Positions 38,376 to 50,461 of a DNA stretch of 64,000 nt are shown piece after piece. The position numbers were made by a program, and so were the translations under genes. Origin of the DNA: Squalus acanthias. Its lineage: Eukaryota. Every line of letters begins with the position of its first letter. Positions within the stretch are counted from its first letter, which is position 1. The stretch is from contig CM059432.1 of NCBI GenBank assembly GCA_030390025.1, positions 7,068,001 to 7,132,000 of the forward strand, written 5' to 3'. A model generated the notes under the pieces. It had not been told where the DNA came from, made no database searches, and saw only the letters and a program-made list of their open reading frames with translations.

Positions 38376-38784
38376 ATATGGCAAGAGTGGTGGGGAAAGT
38401 CTCAATTTTAGATTAGAGAGGCGGATCAGGATTGATAAAGATGTTGGAATATAAGCAGAAGGTTTAGCCGAACTAAACGGTAAGAAACTGTTATCAGAGG
38501 AGAAGGGGAAAGAAAGAGGCTTTGAGGTAGTGATACATGAAGAACAGCTACCTGGATGAGCTACTGGAGGGCGGCCAGCACTTTTGTATCTGTACCCCTG
38601 TGCTAAAGTGGCTAAGAATCAGTCAAGGCCATCAGAAGGGGAGGGGAGGAAATTATAGGGACAAAACAATCCACATTTCCCAAAATTGTGACTACTACAC
38701 AAAGTGAGGATAGCGGTGCATCAATCATGAACTTGCCTTTGCATAAGGATGGGTGACGCAAATCACAAATGACCTTCAACGGTG

Positions 38785-39185
38785 TGACTCCAGAGACTTG
38801 AGCACAAAAAATCTAGGCTGACACTCCAGTGCAGTACTGAGGGAGCGCTGCACTGTCGGAGGTGATGTCTTTTGGATGAGAAGCTAAACCGAGGCCCCGT
38901 CTGCCCCCTCAGGTGGACGTAAAAGATCCCATGGCACTATTTCGAAGAAGAGCAGGGGAGTTATCCCCGGTGTCCTGGCCAATATTTATCCCTCAATCAA
39001 CATCAGTAAAACAGATTATCGGGTCATTATCACATTGCTGTTTGTGGGAGTTTGCTGTGCGCAAATTGGCTGCTCCGTTTCCTACATTACAACAGTGACT
39101 ACATTTCAATAGTATTTCATTGGCTGTAAAGCGCTTTGGGACATCTGGTGGTCGTGAAAGGCGCTATATAAATGCAAGTCTTTTT
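38785..39185 (+). mobile_element. Deu-domain tRNA-SINE
   Basis: Matches the family consensus from ctccagagacttgagcac to the tail. Confidence 0.85.
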
Positions 39186-39435
39186 TGATTGTGAAAGTCC
39201 AAAATTGTTCCAGATATCTGGGAGGATCGAGCTAAGTGAATCTATTTGCAAGCAAGACTGCAAGCTGTCTCTGAAAGAAAACAGATGGAGAGTTAAAACT
39301 CAGAATTTTATAAACCAAGCCTCATGCGATGCTCAAATAGCAACTCTTTGAGCGCTTGGCTATATCTGCCTTGTGCTGTGGATTTTTTGAGATTCTAACA
39401 TGTTAGAAATCTAAATTGTGTTGTTATATTTGTAG

Positions 39436-39620
39436 ATGCACAAAAGTTGCCAAGTGTTTTTGAAGTGGTGTTTTACAATGAGACTGATGAGCGTCCAGGG
39501 ATGATGATGTGGAGGTACCCAGAGCCCCGTGTCCTGACTCTCGTTAGAATTAATCCAGTGCCTTTCAACACTACAGAAGACCCGGACATCAGCACAGCGG
39601 ACCTTGGAGATGTCCTTCAG
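39436..39620 (+). CDS. VPS13B: VPS13B internal coding exon (window exon 3), phase 1 to 0
   Basis: tttgtAG|AT ... CAG|GTctgt; 185 nt. Translates (D)AQKLPSVFEVVFYNETDERPGMMMWRYPEPRVLTLVRINPVPFNTTEDPDISTADLGDVLQ. Confidence 0.95.
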
Positions 39621-40719
39621 GTCTGTTGGACATGTTTTAATTCATACCGTTTGTTTCTCACTGACAAGTGAATTTCTTTAGCAGATTGCATCTTTAAGTT
39701 ACCGCTGACAAGCGCACATCACAATATGGTCATTGCTAACTTACAAAAGTGTCATAAACTCCGGTGTTGTTTGTGGCACTTGAGAAATCTAACATACAAT
39801 TTTTGCTTGGTAGTCCATCAGTTTGCTTGACATTTGCACAAAAGAACCTATCTAACTATTTGTCGCTTAATTTATTTTACAGATTTTTCCTCAGGGTGAG
39901 AAGGTAAACGAGAGGATAGAGTTCAGTTTGGTTCAGTATTTGTGCTAATCACTCCCACGGAGAGTTTTTTTTTTCTTGTTGATGGGACTGATGAACCAAA
40001 GTCTGGAGTGGGGCTGCTGTAAAACTGAATACTGTTGCAAGTTACTATATATATTTTTTTTTTTGAAAGCAGAATTTTTTTTTACGTTTCCTCAAAAATT
40101 TAGTGCAAATTTCCCAGGGCTCTAAAATTACCATTTCCCAATACCAAAGGGAAAATCAATGTTAAGTTCAGTGCAGTGTTTATACATGCCTGGCTTTCCG
40201 GACAGGAAGACAATTTTGATGCAGTGCAGTATTCCACAATACTTGTGGGGCGACACAGGTGAAAAAGTCGCAGCTGTGTCTTCTTTACAAAAGTCAATAC
40301 TACAACTCTGGGCAAGGTTTTTCCTGTGGAACACTATTTTTTTATCTCCCAAGAGTGGATTGCATTTAAATGTTTGAAATCCTGAGTTCCTGCACCTCAG
40401 CCATGTGGTTTCTCATCCATTGCGAACATTTAAAAAAAAAAAAAATTGGTATTTGGAATCTAGTAAAGTAATTCAGCCAGTCAATTGTATGAGGACGGCG
40501 CAGAGCTTTTCGCAGCACTTTTCCTAGTCGCTGCAAACCGATTCTCATGAACAAAATAATTGCTAGCTCCCCCTAAAGTGACCTCTGCGTAACATCTCCG
40601 CGTCAGTGTGCTAAGAGCTGAGAGGAAAATGAAGTATTTTCGTTACTTCACCTTTTTCTGAGGGAGGGAGGACTGGGGAAGAGACCCCCCTCAATGGGTA
40701 ATTGTTTTACATCGATAGC

Positions 40720-41470
40720 AGCAGCAACAACAACAACTTGCATTTACATAGCGCCTTTAACGTAGTAAAACGTCCCAAGGCACTTCAAAAGAGCATTATC
40801 AAACAAAATTTGACACCGAGCCACATAAACAGATTTTAGGACAGCTCAGCCAAAGAGGTAGGTTTTAAGGAGCGTCTTAAAGGAGCAGATAGAGAGGCGA
40901 GAGGTTTAGGGAGGGAATTCCAGAGCTTAGGGCCTTAAAAGCTGAAGGCACGGCCGCCAATGGTGGATCGATTAATAGCGGAGACGCGCAAGAGGTCAGA
41001 ATTGGACGAGAGCAGTGATCTCGGAGGGTTGTAGGGCTGGAGGAGGTTACAAAGATAGGGAGGGTGGCGAGGCCATGGAGGGATTTGAAAACAAGGATGA
41101 GAATTTTAAAATCGAGGCGTTGCCGAACCGGGAGCCAATGTAGGTCAGCCAGCACAGGGGTGATGGGTGATAAGCGTCTGTAGCTTCAGCCCGGGTCCCA
41201 GCCGGCACAGGGGTGATGGGTGAACGGGACTTGGTGCGAGTTAGGATACGGGCAGCAGAGTTTTGGATGAGCTCAAGTTTATGGAGGGTGGAAGATGGGA
41301 GGCCGGCCAGGAGAGCGTTGGAATAGTCAAGTCCAGAGGTGACAAATGCATGGATGAGGGTTTCAGCAGCAGATGAGCTGAGGCAGGGGCGGAGTCGGGC
41401 GATGTTGCGAGGGTGGAAGTCGACAGTCTTGGTGATGGCGCAGATATGTGGTCGGAAACTCATCTCAGAA
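40720..41470 (-). mobile_element. L2-like LINE 3' region
   Basis: AETLIHAFVTSGLDYSNALLAGLP...LADLHWLPVRQRLDFKIL; (CAA)n tail. Confidence 0.9.
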
Positions 41471-41940
41471 GCACTTACAGTTGAGTCACCTGAGCCATCA
41501 TTTCACAGGGATTTCAGTGCAGTATTTAGGCTGTTTTCTGGATCTATTTTGTTTGTGCAGCATGATTACGTGCAGTGTCTTTGAGGACGGTTTTTACCTG
41601 AATTTAGTACTTCAACTTTGGAAAAATGAGCAACATTATCAAAATACAAGCATTTCTCTCATGTAACTGGAGGGAGCTTTATTTTGTTGCATGCAGCCGG
41701 TGCAACGTTTAAATCAGTCTCTTAGCTCATAGATGGCTGTCAGGTCTGGTGAAATAGCGGTCTCCGTGGGCTGGCTAGTTTTTCGTGTTTACAGATCTAA
41801 CACTGCTGTGCTGAATCAGACACTAATATTGGAGTCATAAATCTACTGCAATGTCAGGACTAGCTTTATTGCTGTAATGTTAAGCCCACAAAACTAAAAT
41901 ATACATTCAAAACACAGTTCTGTATAAATCTTAAACACTT

Positions 41941-42641
41941 GGGAGTCATTTTAACTTTTGGAGATGGTGTAAAACGGGACAATATCAGATCGCCCGCCCG
42001 TTATACACCCTGCGCGATTTGTAATGGACAGGAACATCAGGCGGGGTGCAAAACTGAGGGGGTGCCTAACGGGCAAGGTGTAAAACGGAGGAGGTATATG
42101 ACGGGCAGGGTGTTTAACAGAGGAGGTTTATGATGGGCGGGGTGTATAATGGAGGAGGTATATGATGGGTGGGGTGTATAACAGAGGAGGTATATGATGG
42201 GTGGGGCGTATAATGGAGGAGGTATATGATGGGTGGGGTGTATTACAGAGGAGGTATATGATGGGTGGGGTGTATAATGGAGGAGGTATATGATTGGAGG
42301 AGGTATATGATGGGCGGGGTGTATAACGGGTGGGGTGTATAACGGAGGAGGTATATGATGGGTGGGGTGTATAACGGGCAGGTTGTATAACGGAGGAGGT
42401 ATATGATGGGTGGGGTGTATAATGGAGGAGGTATATGATGGGCGGGGTGTATAAGTGAGGAGGTATATGATGGGTGGGGTGTATAACGGGTGGGGTGTAT
42501 AAGTGAGGAGGTATATGATGGGTGGGGTGTATAACGGGTGGGGTGTATAATGGAGGAGGTATATGATGGGCGGGGTGTATAACGGGCGGCCAATCGGATG
42601 TCGCCTGTTTTACACTATTGACAAAAGTTAAAATGACCCCC
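41941..42641. mobile_element. TIR element with about 70-bp inverted termini and an internal minisatellite
   Basis: GGGAGTCATTTTAACTTTTG versus rc GGGGGTCATTTTAACTTTTG (19/20); similarity continues to gcccgttatacaccc. Confidence 0.8.
42088..42588 (+). repeat. G-rich minisatellite with a 32-bp unit and a 16-bp subunit
   Basis: (ggaggaggtatatgatgggtggggtgtataat)n interspersed with gggtggggtgtataac. Confidence 0.92.
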
Positions 42642-43231
42642 TCTATTTCTGCTTGCCCGCGCATCATTTTACCTTATTTACCTTTGTAATTTTACCTAAT
42701 CCGTCTATTCTAATTACATAGAATTTACAGCACAGAAACATTCGGCCCAACTAGTCTTTGCCGGTGTCTACGCTGCACACGAGCCTCCTCCCACCTTACT
42801 TCATCTAACTCTATCAACATACCATTCTATTTCTTTCTGCCTTATGTACGTACCGAGCTTCCTCTTAAATGCAGCTGTGATCTTAAGTGGTGCTTTCTAT
42901 AAACTAACCTTTATATATAAATTCTTCTTGCCTATTTTCTTCTTCATTTTGGCTTCTGCCACTTCCGAGAAAGAAGAACTCGCTCTAAAGGTTTTTTTTT
43001 CAGCAAATGACATCCAAAGTCTGAATCTTGCAATTTTCATTGATGGGCATGGTCACATCATCGACTGGGCCAGCCAGCCAGCCTTGGTCGAGCAAATGTA
43101 TTACTGCTCAACTCTTCAGCTGTCCTTCGGAGCCCATCACACCCAGATAGCCAGACCTGACCACAGCACGGTAAAGGTTCATTTTGTAAAGGTCAATTCT
43201 TTCATTGTTAATTATTATTCCTTTCAAACAG

Positions 43232-43428
43232 GTACCATGCAGCCTGGAGTATTGGGACGAGCTTCAACAAGTATTTGTGGATTATCGTGAATTTAGCCTG
43301 TCTGAAAGCAAAGCGTGTGAGCTGCAGCTACCTAACATTACCTTGGCTAATGACCAGAAGGAGCTCATAGCTTCTGATCTGTGGAGAATTGTTCTTAATA
43401 GTAATCAAGAGGCTACAGAAGAACAGAG
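43232..43428 (+). CDS. VPS13B: VPS13B internal coding exon (window exon 4), phase 0 to 2
   Basis: ttcaaacAG|GTA ... CAGAG|GTgaga; 197 nt. Translates VPCSLEYWDELQQVFVDYREFSLSESKACELQLPNITLANDQKELIASDLWRIVLNSNQEATEEQ. Confidence 0.95.
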
Positions 43429-43549
43429 GTGAGACTAGAATCTATCACAATTGCATATGGAGTGGGGGGGGGGGGGTTGGTGGAGTGGTGTGGGAGCTTA
43501 GATCGAATGATAGTGTAATTTTTTCAATTGACATTCTGTCCTCTGGTTT

Positions 43550-44010
43550 ACAGTGTCAGTTGGTAGCACCCTCGCCTCTGAGTCAGAAGGTTGTGGGTTC
43601 AAGTCCCACTCCAGAGACTTGAGCACATAAAGCTAGGCCAATATTCCAGTGCAATGCTGAGGGAGCATGCTGCACTGTCGGAGGCGATATCTTTCGGATG
43701 AGACGCTAAACCAAGGCTCCATCTGCTCTCTCAGGTGGACATAAAAGATCCCGCGGCACTATTTCGAAGAAGAGCAGGGGAGTTATCCCCGGTGTTCCGG
43801 ACAATATTTATCCCTCAATCAACATCATTAAAACAGATTATCTGGTCATTATCACACTGCTGTTTGTGGGATCTTGCTGTGTGCAAATTGGCTGCTGCGT
43901 TTCCCACATTACAACAGTGACACCACTTCAAAAAGTACTTCATTGGTTGTAAAGTGCTTTGGGACGTCCGGTGGTCATGAAAGGCGCTATATAAATGCAA
44001 GTCTGTCTGT
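43550..44010 (+). mobile_element. Deu-domain tRNA-SINE
   Basis: Near full-length match to the family consensus. Confidence 0.85.
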
Positions 44011-44124
44011 CTTTCTTTACATAATGCTGCAAAAAAACTTTTAACCATAATCAAGGTTTTAAGCCCTGGGACTTGAGTTGTAATTCAAGGCCAGATTATG
44101 AACGGGATGAAAACCTGGTGTTGG

Positions 44125-44641
44125 ATGGCTGTGATCCGAAACTCTGCTGCCCATATCCTAGCTCGCACCAAGTCCCGTTCACCCATCACCCCTGTGCTCG
44201 CTGACCTACATTGGCTCTCGGTTAAGCAACGCCTCGATTTTAAAATTCTCATCCTTGTGTTCAAATCCCTCCATGCCCTCGCACCTCCCCACATCTGTAA
44301 CGTCCGCCAGCCCTACAACCCTCCGAGAGCTCAGCAGTCCTCCAATTCTGGCCTCTTGCGCATCTCCAATTTCCTTCATCCCTCCATTGACGGCCGTGCC
44401 TTCAGCTGCCTGGGCTCTAAGCTCTAGAATTTCCTCCCTAAACCTCTCTGCCTCTCTACCTCTCTCTCCTCTTTTAATACGCTCCTTAAAACTTACCTCT
44501 TTAACCAAGCTTTTGGTCACCTCTCCTAATATCTCCTTGCGTGGCTCGGTGTCAAATGTTGTCTCATTACGCTCCTGTGAAGCGCCCTGGGACGTTTTAC
44601 TCTGTTAAAGGCGCTATATAAATGCAAGATTTTGTTGTTGT
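44125..44641 (+). mobile_element. L2-like LINE 3' end
   Basis: NSAAHILARTKSRSPITPVLADLHWL; tail aaggcgctatataaatgcaag...ttgttgttg. Confidence 0.88.
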
Positions 44642-45679
44642 AAGGGCCCTCTAATGAAAGCTGTCTCAATCATTTCCGAGTTTGCCTGCATACAAAACAC
44701 AAAGCCATCCTCAATCTGGTACTGATTTGTCAGCCTCATTCAGAGGCCTTAAGAATGGTCCAAATGGAAAGTGGGGATAAAAAACAAGGTGTGCTCTTCT
44801 GAGGTAGAAATTAAACCAAGCAACATTTTCCTGTGGGCTTTTGAGTGGTGTAAATCGTTAATAAGGTCATAAAGAACGTTTTGTTTTACGATTTTGCTGC
44901 GCTTTGCACACTGAGGGAATCCTCCCTCATTGTCTGACCAATGCTGTGCCTAACTCAAAAGTGCTTCCTGCTGTCGCTGAGTGTGAAAAGTACAGAACGG
45001 TTTTATTCCCCAGCACTAATATCTCTTGCCTGGAGGATGAGACAAAACACTAGCTTTGCTACTCATAGAATCATACAGCGCAGAAGGAGGCCATTCGGCC
45101 CATCGTGCCGGTTCTTTGAACGAGTTAATCAATTAGTCCCACTCCCCATGCTCTTTCCCCACAGCCCTGCAAATTGTTATAAAGGTATAAAATGAGATCA
45201 TTAGTATGTGCTTACAAAGTCCTTCAAACTAAGTTGCTATCAGATTAACAAAAACAATGAATTGGCTAATAATTGAAATTCTGTAAGTATTGCAGATATT
45301 TTGCTTTTCCAACAGGAAGTCATGTCTAAAAGTTAAGGAAATGTTTTATGATACTAGGTCTGCATAAAGCTTAATATGGAGCAAGACAAGCCACAGAAGC
45401 TGGGATCATGTGGCAGGTTATGTAAATTCAGCTGGTGCAGTGCTCTTGGCTGGAGGGCATTTTACAAATGTAGTTACGTGAACAGCTCTATTGTGCTGTG
45501 CTCCACTTACTTTTACATAAACATTTCACAAAAAAGGATGGGAGACATCTGTAAATGGATTAAAATCATATTGTCTCGTGCACTTCTTGAACCAGTACAC
45601 AGGAAGATGATGACCCAAATTTTACAGAATGGGTATCAATGGCACTAACACGTGTCAGACATGCAAAAAAAAAAGGCAA

Positions 45680-46190
45680 AAAGAATGTCAAGGCCTTAGT
45701 GAGGGTGCAGAGGAGATTTACTAGAATGGTAACCAGGGATGAGGGACTTCAGTTACACGGAGAGACTGGAGAAGCTGGGGTTGTTCTCCTTCGAGCAGAG
45801 AAGGTTAAGGGGAGATTTAATAAAGCTGTTCAAAATCATGAAGGGTTTTGATAAAATAAATGAGAAGAAACTTTTTCCACTGGCAGGAGGATTGTTAACC
45901 AGAGGACACAGATTTAAGGTAATTGGCAAAAGAACCAGAGGTGCGATGAGGGGATTTTCTTTTAACGCAGCGAGTTGTTGCGATCTGGAATTGAGCTGCC
46001 TGAAAAGGTGCTGGAAGGAGATTCAATAGTGACTTTCAAAAGGAATTGAGTAACTACTTGAAGGGGGAAAATTTGCAGGGCTATGGGGAAATAGCAGGGG
46101 AGTGGGACTAACTGTATAGATCTTCCAAATGAGCCGGCACAGGCACAATGGACCGAATGGCAACCTCCTGTGCTATATGATTGTATGAAA
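45680..46190 (+). mobile_element. CR1 LINE 3' fragment
   Basis: ORF 45739-46029 (FSYTERLEKLGLFSFEQRRLRGDL). Confidence 0.85.
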
Positions 46191-46740
46191 ATGAGACGCT
46201 GGTCAATATCTCACAGGAGTAGGACTGGACTGAACTCTTACACTCGTTCAAAAAATATTGAAAAGCAGCCGCCTTATGCGTGTGATTGGGGTTAATTAAT
46301 CTAGTAAATGTGCCTGGGGCCAGGAAGTTAGTACTGTTAAGATGGCATAGTCAAAATTCCGATGGATAATATAGACTGAAAGGAAAGAAATAATCTTGAA
46401 AATTGCATTCAGCAGAGTTGCATCAGTTACTCAATACAAACTAAAACCATTCAATATCATCTGGAGACTGAGGAAATCTGCAACCCTCACTTTCCCCTTT
46501 CTCCACCTCATCTACAGCCTGTAAAGTACCTTAATTGAACTAACTGATTCTGTTACAGATAAAAATATCATTTCATTTTTGTCAGAAGAGGCCAGATAGA
46601 TAAAATTATAAAGCGTTTGTGTTTTATTGCATGTGATTGTTTAAATTGAATGAATTCTGCCCATTCAGAGAAAATGAGAACACTTTTAACATTTTAACCA
46701 AAAACATAACATTGCATCACAGGACTATTGCTGATACATT

Positions 46741-47466
46741 GGCCCACAATTTGCTGGAGCTGGGCATCTCCCAGCGAAACCCGTTAGTTAGACTTTTTCC
46801 CTCGCCCTTTAGCTCGAAAATATTTTGCACTGCAAGTGCGAGCTGATAACGGCGCAGCGAGGGCCTTGGTGAATGACGGAACCAACAGTGTAGCTCCTGA
46901 ACCAATGAGATTTAAAGATTGAGAAAGAAACAGGAACGATGGAGAAGGAAATAGGGTGAAATAGAGCCAAATCAGGTACAGAAAGAGAAACCAAGATAAG
47001 GAAATAAAGCTTGGATTAAGAGCGAGGAAAAAAAGAGACAAAGGAAAAGTAAGAAAAAAAAATAATTTAAAAAGTCTCTAAGAATAATTTACTACCTGCA
47101 GGAATGAGACTGCACAGTTTAAATTGTTCCCTTTCTGGGCCGGAGAGTTGAGTGGCATTGCAGGAATATAAATCTCATCGTTAAAAAGGTAATTCTGCTG
47201 TTAAGTACCAGCCCTAACTTTCGGTGGCGAGTTTAATTGGTAATTAATGCGCAAATGCAGAACTTTCTTGAAACTCACGGGGAGGTTGAAGGTGAGGTGC
47301 CGTTCTCGCGAGGCTAAAGGCGGAGCCACGCAAATCGTCCAGCAACTTGTGGCGATTCGCAATTCACGGGGTATCTCTTCCTTGCCACAAGTTGCTGGCC
47401 GATTTGCACGTTAATAACGGCGAGCGCCATTAAACTGCCTGTTATTTTGATGGCAAATTCTGGCTA
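46741..47466. mobile_element. TIR element (MITE) with ATT target duplication
   Basis: Left end GGCCCACAATTTGC versus rc right end TAGCCAGAATTTGC. ATT at 46738-46740 and 47467-47469. Confidence 0.55.
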
Positions 47467-47929
47467 ATTGAAAAATGTTCTTTCTTTTGGAGTGACACTG
47501 GATTAATTTCTGCTTTATACATAACAAGTACATTTTCAGAATTAGAAAAAATACTGTGTCTGTTTTAAATTAAGAAAGATGACTTGGCAAAGATAACTTC
47601 TATTTAAGAGATCAGGAATGTGTTTTGAATGTAAAAGAATGTAGTGACTTAGACATATTGAATTTCTCTGTATGTTCAACTGTTGCTAAGTGACCCCTTC
47701 GTTAGATTACAATACTTAGATGTATTGATACAATGGAAACATTTTAACAGCTGTATGGAAGAAGCAAACCTGTGGAAGTATATTGTCCTTGTGGTACAAG
47801 TAGCTAAACTGAGCCGCACTTTGTCATTCTGCCCTACGTTGCCCTTGATTTGATGCTCTTTTGGATGAAGTTCGTCTAAGAATTGAAGCTGGTATTTACC
47901 ATAACTCGTGTTTCTCATTCTTGCTCTAC

Positions 47930-48390
47930 CGTGGCTCAGTGGGCAGCACCCTCACCTCTGAGTCAGAAGGTTGTGGGTTCACAGTCCCACTCCAGAGACT
48001 TGAGCACAAAAATCCAGGCTGGCACTCCAGTGCAGTGCTGAGGGAGCGCTGCACTGTCGGAGGTGCCGTCTTTCAGATGAGACGTTAAACCAAGGCCCCA
48101 TGTATTCTCTCAGGTGGACGTAAAAGATCCCATGGCATCATTTCGAAGAAGAGCAGGGGAGTTCTCCCCGGTGTCCTGGCCAGTATGTATCCCTCAATCA
48201 ACATAATAAAAACAGGTTATCTGGTCATTATCACATTGCTGTTTGTGGGAGCTTGGTGTGCGCAATTGGCGGCCACATTTCCTACATTACAACAATAGTG
48301 ACTACAACTCAAAAGTACTTAATTGGCTGTAAAGTGCTTTGGGACGTCCTGAGGTCGTGAAAGGCGCTATATAAATGCAAGTCTTTTTCC
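47930..48390 (+). mobile_element. Full-length Deu-domain tRNA-SINE
   Basis: Runs from head gtggctcagtgggcagcac to tail gcgctatataaatgcaagtcttttt. Confidence 0.85.
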
Positions 48391-49218
48391 AACCTAACTG
48401 TGACTGGACTCCAATACTGAATATGAGAATGATCAGTATATGTAACAAGGTGCTGCCCTTGAACTTCCAGGTCAAGGTTGGAATTTTATTGGCATGAGTT
48501 TCTCACCAAGTAGCTCATAAGTAACTCTAGCTCGCACACCATTTTCAGCTGTTTGAAACTGTATTTTTGAATGACAACCAAAACCTCAAATCAGTTTTTT
48601 TGAAGGGAAAAGCGAGGCCAACTACTACATTAATGAAGTCCAGAGAATGAACGCAATTACGTTAAGCCATCCACAAATGCTTTTTTAAAAATTTTAATCT
48701 TAAATCCACTACTTTGAAAAGGAAATATTTTCGTGCGAATTGCGCTTGATCCTAAATGCCATAAAGATCACAAGATAGACAGTAATGTGAAATGCTGTTC
48801 AGCCTGCCATACTTCATCTATCTGGAACAAAGCACCAGACTGCCCCATCGCAGCATCCAGCAAACTCTTAACTGGTCCCAGAAGTTCAATCTCCATCGTG
48901 GTCACTTCGTGAAGAACCTCTGTAATCCGTCTTCAATTTGCCTTTCACTCGTTTGTGCCTGTGCTCTTCATTCGGCTGTCCTGGTTTAATGAGATGGAGT
49001 GTTCCAGGTTTACCTTTTCTAAACAGGTCACAGTGTTAACACGTGAAACCATAAATAATGTCTCCCGCCCCCACACCTCCCTTGTCTATTTTCGTAGCTA
49101 AAAATTCCAACTTTTTCCAGCCTGTCCTTCTATCTCACAAACGGGTTTGGCGGCTCTTCTCTGCATTGTCCTCGGGACACGAATGTCTCTGTGGCCAGTA
49201 CTGGACGCAATAATCAAG

Positions 49219-49429
49219 ATAAAAACAGAGAATACTCTGCAGGCCAGGCAGCATCTGTGGAGAGAGAAAAACAGAGTTAACGTTTCAGTTCTGGCGAAAG
49301 GTCACCGACCTGAAACGTTGACTCTGTTTCTCTCTCTTCGCAGATGCAGCCTGACCTGCTGAGCGTTTCCAGCATTTTCTGTTTTTATTTCAGACTTCCA
49401 GCATCCGCAGTATTTTATTTTTGTGTTGT
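49219..49429. mobile_element. Penelope-terminal-repeat-derived insertion with inverted (head-to-head) arrangement
   Basis: A - copy at 49219-49288 abuts a + copy at 49286-49421. Flanks AATAATCAAG (49209-49218) and AACAATCAAG (49430-49439). Confidence 0.8.
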
Positions 49430-49461
49430 AACAATCAAGGTGCTGTGCGACTAGAGCACTG

Positions 49462-49885
49462 CACAACAACAACAACAACAACGTGCATTTATATAGAGCC
49501 TTTAACGGAGTAAAACGGCCCAAGGCACTTCACGAGCATCATCAGATAAAATTTGACACCGAGCCACATAATGAGATATTAGGACAGAGGTAGGTTTTAA
49601 GGAGCGTCTCAAAAGGAGGAGAGAGAGGTAGCGAGGCGGAGAGGTTTAGGGAGGGAATTCCAGAGCTTGGGTCCTAGCCAGCTGAAGCTGGAGCGATGAA
49701 AATCGGGGATGCACCAGAGACCAGAAGTGGAGGAGCTGCCAATATCTCGGAGGGTTGTCGAGCTGGAAGAGGTTACAGAGATGGGGAGGGGCGAGGCCAT
49801 GGAGGGATTTGAAAACAAGGATGATAAATTTTAAATTGAGGTGTTGCTGGACCGGGAGCCAATATAGGTCAACGAGCACAGGAGC
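49462..49885 (-). mobile_element. L2-like LINE 3' end with (CAA)n tail
   Basis: LVDLYWLPVQQHLNLKFIILVFKSLHGLAP. Confidence 0.85.
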
Positions 49886-50461
49886 GAGTAGAGTTTAACC
49901 ATGACTTACACTGACTTGTACATGACTGGTTTGGCGATATAGTTCAGCATTCTAGTTGCTTGCTGATAGCTGCTCTTCAGTGATTGGGCATCCGAATGCT
50001 GTATCTATAATACCCCAGATCTTTTCATTTCACCCATAGCTATATCAAAACCACTCACTGTTACTGGTGTTTTGTCCTCTGCACAGTACACTTGTCCGTG
50101 TCGAGTTTCACCTACCGCTGTTCTACCCATTTAAGGGAAAATATCTATGAATTTTCTTGTACCTTTCAGCCTTGTTGTTCTCTGTGTTGTGCTTTAGTAC
50201 TGTTGGTCAGAGGCAGCCCGCGATCAAACTTTCTGCGTTAAATTATCCCCTCGATGGCATCATGAATAGAAACTGTGGACCGTGCTATCTTTGCAGGGAA
50301 ATTCTGCACAAACCGCCTTTTCCCCAGCATTTCTTCTGTCTGCAATCTCAGCATGTTATTTGACCCCGAGCTGAGCTTCTGGCCCCAGATCCTCTACATC
50401 ACAAAGACTGCCTCCTTCCACCTCTGTAACATTGCCTGTCTCCAATCATGCCTCAGCGCTT

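Noticed and set aside
42088..42588. CRISPR-like array
   Set aside because: The units are tandem with no unique spacers, and the context is a vertebrate intron.
42128..42667. 179-aa Pro/His/Tyr-rich ORF
   Set aside because: It is a translation artefact of the minisatellite.
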